Part shown: positions 56,669 to 60,983 of the stretch, one piece after another | How positions within the stretch are numbered: the first letter of the stretch is position 1 | Layout of the letters: each line of letters starts with the position of its first letter | Assembly: GCA_964466335.1 (NCBI GenBank) | Contig: CAYXSD010000003.1 | Location: 37,450-98,432 of the forward strand | Origin: an uncultured Spirochaetales bacterium | GTDB lineage: Bacteria; Spirochaetota; Spirochaetia; SPDA01; CAYXSD01 | Direction of reading: 5' to 3' | DNA length: 60,983 nt | Translations under genes and position numbers: made by a program | Notes under the pieces: generated by a model | The model's input: only the letters and a program-made list of their open reading frames with translations | The model's database searches: none | What the model was told of the DNA's origin: nothing

Positions 56669-57185
56669 GATTTTCCTCCGCTGCTTTCTCGAGCTCGTTT
56701 ATTCTGTCCCTTAAGTCTGCCGCTGTTTCGTAATCTTCTTCTTGGATCGCCCTTTGCAATTTTTCCTTTAACTGCTCCTTATCAACTAAGAGTTTCTTAT
56801 ATGCCAAGAGTTTTTTAGGATATTTCCCTCTATGCCGCGGAGCAGCTGTAATATTAGACAATATAGACATTATTGCCTCATGGAAACTATTATAACACTC
56901 TGCACACCCTACCTTTCCCTCTTTTCGAAAGTCCTGATATGTCATGCCGCAATTCGGACATTGGTCTAAATTCTTTTTATCTGTCAGTGGACTGTTGGCA
57001 TCTAAAAGTCCTGTGAGCAGCTCTGACAGTGAAAGCTCTATAGACTCGTTCTTACTTATAATACCTTTTTCATGAGCACAGACCTCGCAGAGATGAAGAT
57101 CAATAATTTCATTTCCCATAATCTGCTGAACATGAATAACAGCGTCTCGTTCCTTGCATATTTCACATTTTTTCTGCTCTTCCAT
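56655..57185 (-). CDS. mcsA: McsA (UvrB/UvrC motif zinc protein)
   Basis: Four CxxC motifs, HRGKYP, C-terminal UVR (EEDYETAADLRD). Confidence 0.92.
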   Translation of the reverse strand: MEEQKKCEICKERDAVIHVQQIMGNEIIDLHLCEVCAHEKGIISKNESIELSLSELLTGLLDANSPLTDKKNLDQCPNCGMTYQDFRKEGKVGCAECYNSFHEAIMSILSNITAAPRHRGKYPKKLLAYKKLLVDKEQLKEKLQRAIQEEDYETAADLRDRINELEKAAEENHGEQ

Positions 57186-57310
57186 ATCATCTTCAGTGTA
57201 ACTAAAATTATCTTTACTGTCTAATATAATGTGGTTTACCGAGATGGCAAAGAAATTTCAGTAGTTTTAGCTAACGGACATACCTAAAACCTTTCGTATT
57301 TATCGCTCCC

Positions 57311-58624
57311 CTAATGCTTTCGCAAGATATCCAAGGGCTTTGTTCTTCCAGCTTTCGCTGCAGGAATTGTTGCCGCCAAAATTGAAAGGAAAATGGTAAA
57401 TGCCATTGCTCCGGTTATTTCAGGCCAGTATAAGCGAAGAGGTATTTCCGTAAGGTAGTAGCTTGGATCGAGGAGTCGAAAGGTCACTGAGGGTCCCTCC
57501 CAAATTGGAGACAGCAGAATTCCCAGTAGATCGATTATTCCATTGATCAATCTTTCTAAAAGCCGTACCGCTTCGTTAATGTTGACCGAAAGGAATAGAC
57601 CCGCCAAGGTCCCCAAGACCGCCCCGGACAAACCGCAGATTCCACCGGCAAGAAGGAATACCATGGTTATTTCCCCCGGCTGGGCCCCGATGCTTTTCAT
57701 TATTGCTATTTCCTCTTGCTTTTCCATCACAAGCATAATAAGAGAAGACGAAATCGTTACAGAAGCAACAATAATTATCATGGCCATTATAAAGAGTAAT
57801 ATCCTCTTTGTCATTTCCAGCGAACGATACATGTTTCCTTCCAACTCCCTCCAACTGTAGACATACCAGTCTGAAGGAAGTATTTGCCCTATTTCCTCTT
57901 TTACATTCCTTAGTTCTTTTCTTGAATATGGGGCATGTACTTTTATTCCGAAGAAGAAGCTGCCAGCTCCGCTAAACACCCTCCACCCCTGATCTTCTGA
58001 TATGTAGAGAGAAAGCTTGTCTAATTCAAAATAGCCGGTAGTAAAAATTCCGCTAACCGTATAGGAAGAAGGTCTTAAGATGGGAGGCCTCCCGGGAAGC
58101 GACTTTGCAGTAATAAGTTTCACCGTATCTCCACAGGAAAGGGATAGCTTGTTCGCAGTTTCTTCACTCAAAAGTATGTGTTCGTCTTTTTTCAGATTAA
58201 ATGAACCCCGAAGAATGGTAAAATATCGTTGAAATCCCTCGTCCGTATCATATACATCAGCAGGAACACCCCTCAATGTAACTCCTTGCTTAGTCTCTTC
58301 GGAATATACCAACCCCAAACCTTGTTTTATTGGTATAACATGCTTAACGCCTTCTACCTCCTCTATCAGAGACTCTATGAATTCCGCGTCTTTTTTATCC
58401 GGTTCCCCATAGTGTTTGACTTGAAGATGAAACGATCCAATCTCTAGATATCGCCTGGTAATACCCTCAATCATACCGTTGGCCACCTCTTGTACCAAAA
58501 TAAGCGGTACAAGACTCAAGGCTATACCGAAGACTGCGTTTCTAAGCTGTTTATGTTCCGATCGTTTATGCCACTCTCTACTAAAAAACCGAAAACACAC
58601 ATTGAGAACAAACCGTAATCTCAT
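57311..58624 (-). CDS. LolC/E-like (FtsX/MacB) ABC permease
   Basis: Four-TM topology, VANGM, EKQEEIAIMKSIGA, YYLTEIP. Confidence 0.85.
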   Translation of the reverse strand: MRLRFVLNVCFRFFSREWHKRSEHKQLRNAVFGIALSLVPLILVQEVANGMIEGITRRYLEIGSFHLQVKHYGEPDKKDAEFIESLIEEVEGVKHVIPIKQGLGLVYSEETKQGVTLRGVPADVYDTDEGFQRYFTILRGSFNLKKDEHILLSEETANKLSLSCGDTVKLITAKSLPGRPPILRPSSYTVSGIFTTGYFELDKLSLYISEDQGWRVFSGAGSFFFGIKVHAPYSRKELRNVKEEIGQILPSDWYVYSWRELEGNMYRSLEMTKRILLFIMAMIIIVASVTISSSLIMLVMEKQEEIAIMKSIGAQPGEITMVFLLAGGICGLSGAVLGTLAGLFLSVNINEAVRLLERLINGIIDLLGILLSPIWEGPSVTFRLLDPSYYLTEIPLRLYWPEITGAMAFTIFLSILAATIPAAKAGRTKPLDILRKH

Positions 58625-59295
58625 AGTTTCAGTAATGTCCCTCCCTCAAGAGAAAATTTTCGTTCTCCCTTATCACAAATTTCGGGATCATGTGAAACAA
58701 GAACTAATGTTTTTCCGTATGTCCGGACCAATTCAAAAAGGATGTCCTCCACATTTTTAGAGTTTTTTTTATCCAGGTTCCCCGTTGGTTCATCTGCTAA
58801 AATTATTTTTGGATCGTTCATTAGTGCTCTGGCGACGGCTGCCCGTTGACGCTCGCCACCGGAGAGGGTAGCAGGAAAGTGATCAGCTCTATTGAGCAAT
58901 TTCACCATTTCTAGAAGCTCTAGAGCCCTTGCTTTTGCCTCCTCCTTTTTCATCCCAGCAACAAGCCCCGGAAGCATTACATTCTCCATACTGGAAAAAT
59001 CTTTTAATAAATAGTGGAACTGAAAAATGAATCCAATAATCGTGCTGCGATACCATGATAGCTCCTTTTCTTTTAGATTTGAAACCGCCACCCCAGCAAC
59101 CTGAATTTCTCCTCTGGTAGCCGTGTCCAAACCTCCAATAAGATTTAAGAGAGTACTTTTGCCGGAACCACTTTCCCCGGTAATAGTAATGACCTCTCCT
59201 TCTTTAATGGTAAGGTTAAGTCCGTTAATAATAGTTAAGGACTCGACACCAGTGGTAAAAGTCTTTACTAGATTAGAAAGCTCACACATTGACAT
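58621..59295 (-). CDS. lolD: LolD-like ABC ATPase
   Basis: GESGSGKS, GFIFQFHYLL, LSGGERQR, LADEPTGNLD. Confidence 0.85.
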   Translation of the reverse strand: MSMCELSNLVKTFTTGVESLTIINGLNLTIKEGEVITITGESGSGKSTLLNLIGGLDTATRGEIQVAGVAVSNLKEKELSWYRSTIIGFIFQFHYLLKDFSSMENVMLPGLVAGMKKEEAKARALELLEMVKLLNRADHFPATLSGGERQRAAVARALMNDPKIILADEPTGNLDKKNSKNVEDILFELVRTYGKTLVLVSHDPEICDKGERKFSLEGGTLLKL

Positions 59296-59325
59296 CCTTT
59301 TACCGCCTTCATGGAATAATTGTTG

Positions 59326-60591
59326 TTATTCATATCTTAAAACTTCGCTTGGGCGTATCCGGATTACCCGGCGAGAAGCAAAATACGATGCCAATAAGGT
59401 GGACCCGGTTGCAAATAGCTGAATTAGGAGAATTTCATGGAATATCACTCTCACAGGAACATTGGACATATAAAAGACGCTGGGGGAAAAGAAAGCCAAG
59501 TCTCGTTGAGAAAATACGTTTATGATAGTCTCAACCCAGGAGAACACCTCATTTATATGGCTTGTTAAAAGCAATCCGAATAATATACCTATTGAGGATC
59601 CAATAAAACCAATAATGGCACCTTCCAGGATAAAAACCAATCTGACCCCCTTTGGAGAAGCGCCGATGGATTTTAGCAAGCCTATTTCCTCAGTTCTTTC
59701 AAAGACTGTCCGCTTTTGAGAATGATAGATATTAACTCCCACCACCAAAAAGATAAGCCCAACGAGAATCATCATCATCAATTTTTCAGTGCGGAGGGCC
59801 CCAAAAAAGGACTTGTTGTAATCTCTCCAACTCTTTACTTCTACAGAGGAACTATTCAGCTTTGATTTTATCCTACTGATGACATTGCTGTCTTGAAATC
59901 TGTTTCTGAGCTTTATTCCCCAGGTGGGAGGAGTCTCGGTATCTTCAATCCGATTAAAATCCTTTAAATTCATAAACCCCAGAGCGGAATCATACTCATA
60001 AAAACCGCTACGAAATACTGCGGCGACCTTCATTTCAATCTGAACGGGGCTGCCTCTTAGATTTTTTTGATTATTGATAGATACAAGATAAATTGTCTCC
60101 CCAGGTCCTACGCCAAGTTTTTGTGCAAGTTCTATTCCCAGAACAATTTCTCCCTGTTCAATTAGTATTGCTTCTTTGGTATCCTTCCCTGAAAGAATGT
60201 TTAACTCTTTCAAAAGGCCGGTGTCTCGGTTAAAGCCGTCCCATGGGATTCCTTTTAATAGGAGGCCTCGAAAATCGGAATAGTCTCCCTTTACAATAAT
60301 CTGTGCCTCTCTGAAAGGGAGGACCGCCTTTACGCCTGGTATGCTTAAAATATCGGAAGGGCCATAATCCAAGTCACCTATTATACGAACGCGCAGATGA
60401 TAGCTGCTAATCTCCAAAATATCCTCTATAAATCCCATCTGGAACCCATTCATAACTCCTAAAACAGCGATGAGAGTGATCACCCCAAAGGCTATTCCAC
60501 CAACTGCAAGAAATGATGTCGATAATCCTCTCTCTTTTCTCGTGGATTGTACATATCTTCTGGCTACAAATAAGATCCAAGATAGTCTCAA
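59326..60591 (-). CDS. LolC/E-like (FtsX/MacB) ABC permease
   Basis: VLGVMNGF, FRSGFYEYD, ALRTEK, EEIGLLKSIGA. Confidence 0.85.
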   Translation of the reverse strand: MRLSWILFVARRYVQSTRKERGLSTSFLAVGGIAFGVITLIAVLGVMNGFQMGFIEDILEISSYHLRVRIIGDLDYGPSDILSIPGVKAVLPFREAQIIVKGDYSDFRGLLLKGIPWDGFNRDTGLLKELNILSGKDTKEAILIEQGEIVLGIELAQKLGVGPGETIYLVSINNQKNLRGSPVQIEMKVAAVFRSGFYEYDSALGFMNLKDFNRIEDTETPPTWGIKLRNRFQDSNVISRIKSKLNSSSVEVKSWRDYNKSFFGALRTEKLMMMILVGLIFLVVGVNIYHSQKRTVFERTEEIGLLKSIGASPKGVRLVFILEGAIIGFIGSSIGILFGLLLTSHINEVFSWVETIINVFSQRDLAFFSPSVFYMSNVPVRVIFHEILLIQLFATGSTLLASYFASRRVIRIRPSEVLRYE

Positions 60592-60983
60592 TTTTCTCCA
60601 TTCTCCGCGGATGGTAATAGCTGTTCACCTTCCTTTTCAGTTCCTTGATAGGTTACTTCTAAAAAAGGGGTCCCATTTCTATAGAGAATTTCCGTCCTCC
60701 GGTCCTCTTTTCCATAGCGAATGACCTTCCGCGTGTTTTCGTTAACACTGTACACTTCTTCTGTGAGGACATTATTATTCTTATATCGGTATACCCAACG
60801 TTCTCTCATTCCTGATGACCTTCGAAACTTCATACTTACGTTATCTTTGCTGTCATACTCCCAACGAATCAATTCGTAAAAATTCCCGTTTTTTCTGGTG
60901 GTTTTTTCCATCAATCGTTCATTTTCTATTATTTCTGTTATATGTATATTTTCAACGTAGTGTTGTGTCTCTTTAATTGTTGT
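60588..60983 (-). CDS. Hypothetical protein, 5'-truncated at the window edge
   Basis: The frame stays open from 60914 to 60983; repeated short beta units (WEYD, WVYRY, VIRY, EILY); overlaps the permease start. Confidence 0.6.
   Translation of the reverse strand, partial: TTIKETQHYVENIHITEIIENERLMEKTTRKNGNFYELIRWEYDSKDNVSMKFRRSSGMRERWVYRYKNNNVLTEEVYSVNENTRKVIRYGKEDRRTEILYRNGTPFLEVTYQGTEKEGEQLLPSAENGEN

Noticed and set aside
1-60983. CRISPR array, tRNA, rRNA, transposase, integrase or prophage
   Set aside because: I saw no regularly spaced repeats, no cloverleaf or T-loop signature in intergenic DNA, and no ORF with DDE, HUH or recombinase motifs. This was checked by eye only.

Overview
This is a gene-dense chromosomal segment, most likely from a spirochete. 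That is inferred from the S21 sequence type, long-form SHMT, RecJ with a large insertion, mutL tail-to-tail with an Lmp1-like TPR gene, and Maf genes. I found no rRNA, tRNA, CRISPR array, transposase or prophage. Housekeeping genes include mutL, gcvH/PA/PB, rpsU, recJ, recO, thpR, lon, a U32 protein, ilvD, glyA, ftsB-like, rnz, clpC-mcsB-mcsA and lolCDE-like. The strongest candidate for an undescribed system is at the left end. A 5'-truncated ORF carries an ordered series of motifs matching SprA/Sov, the type IX secretion translocon. It is followed by two paralogous predicted outer-membrane beta-barrels, one fused to a FecR domain, and large TPR proteins lie nearby. Other protein-level points: a GTPase-less mini-SelB; a TM-TPR-dead-Mrr / metallophosphoesterase / ParB-like operon; a 963-aa acidic scaffold-like protein behind a sigma28-like promoter with two Maf genes; an McsB missing catalytic residues; and a gene split by one in-frame TAG. 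DNA-level points: a ~62-bp element shared by two divergent promoter regions 30 kb apart, two small palindromic repeat families, and a probable AUA start for rpsU. All family assignments come from motif recognition by eye and memory; no searches were run.
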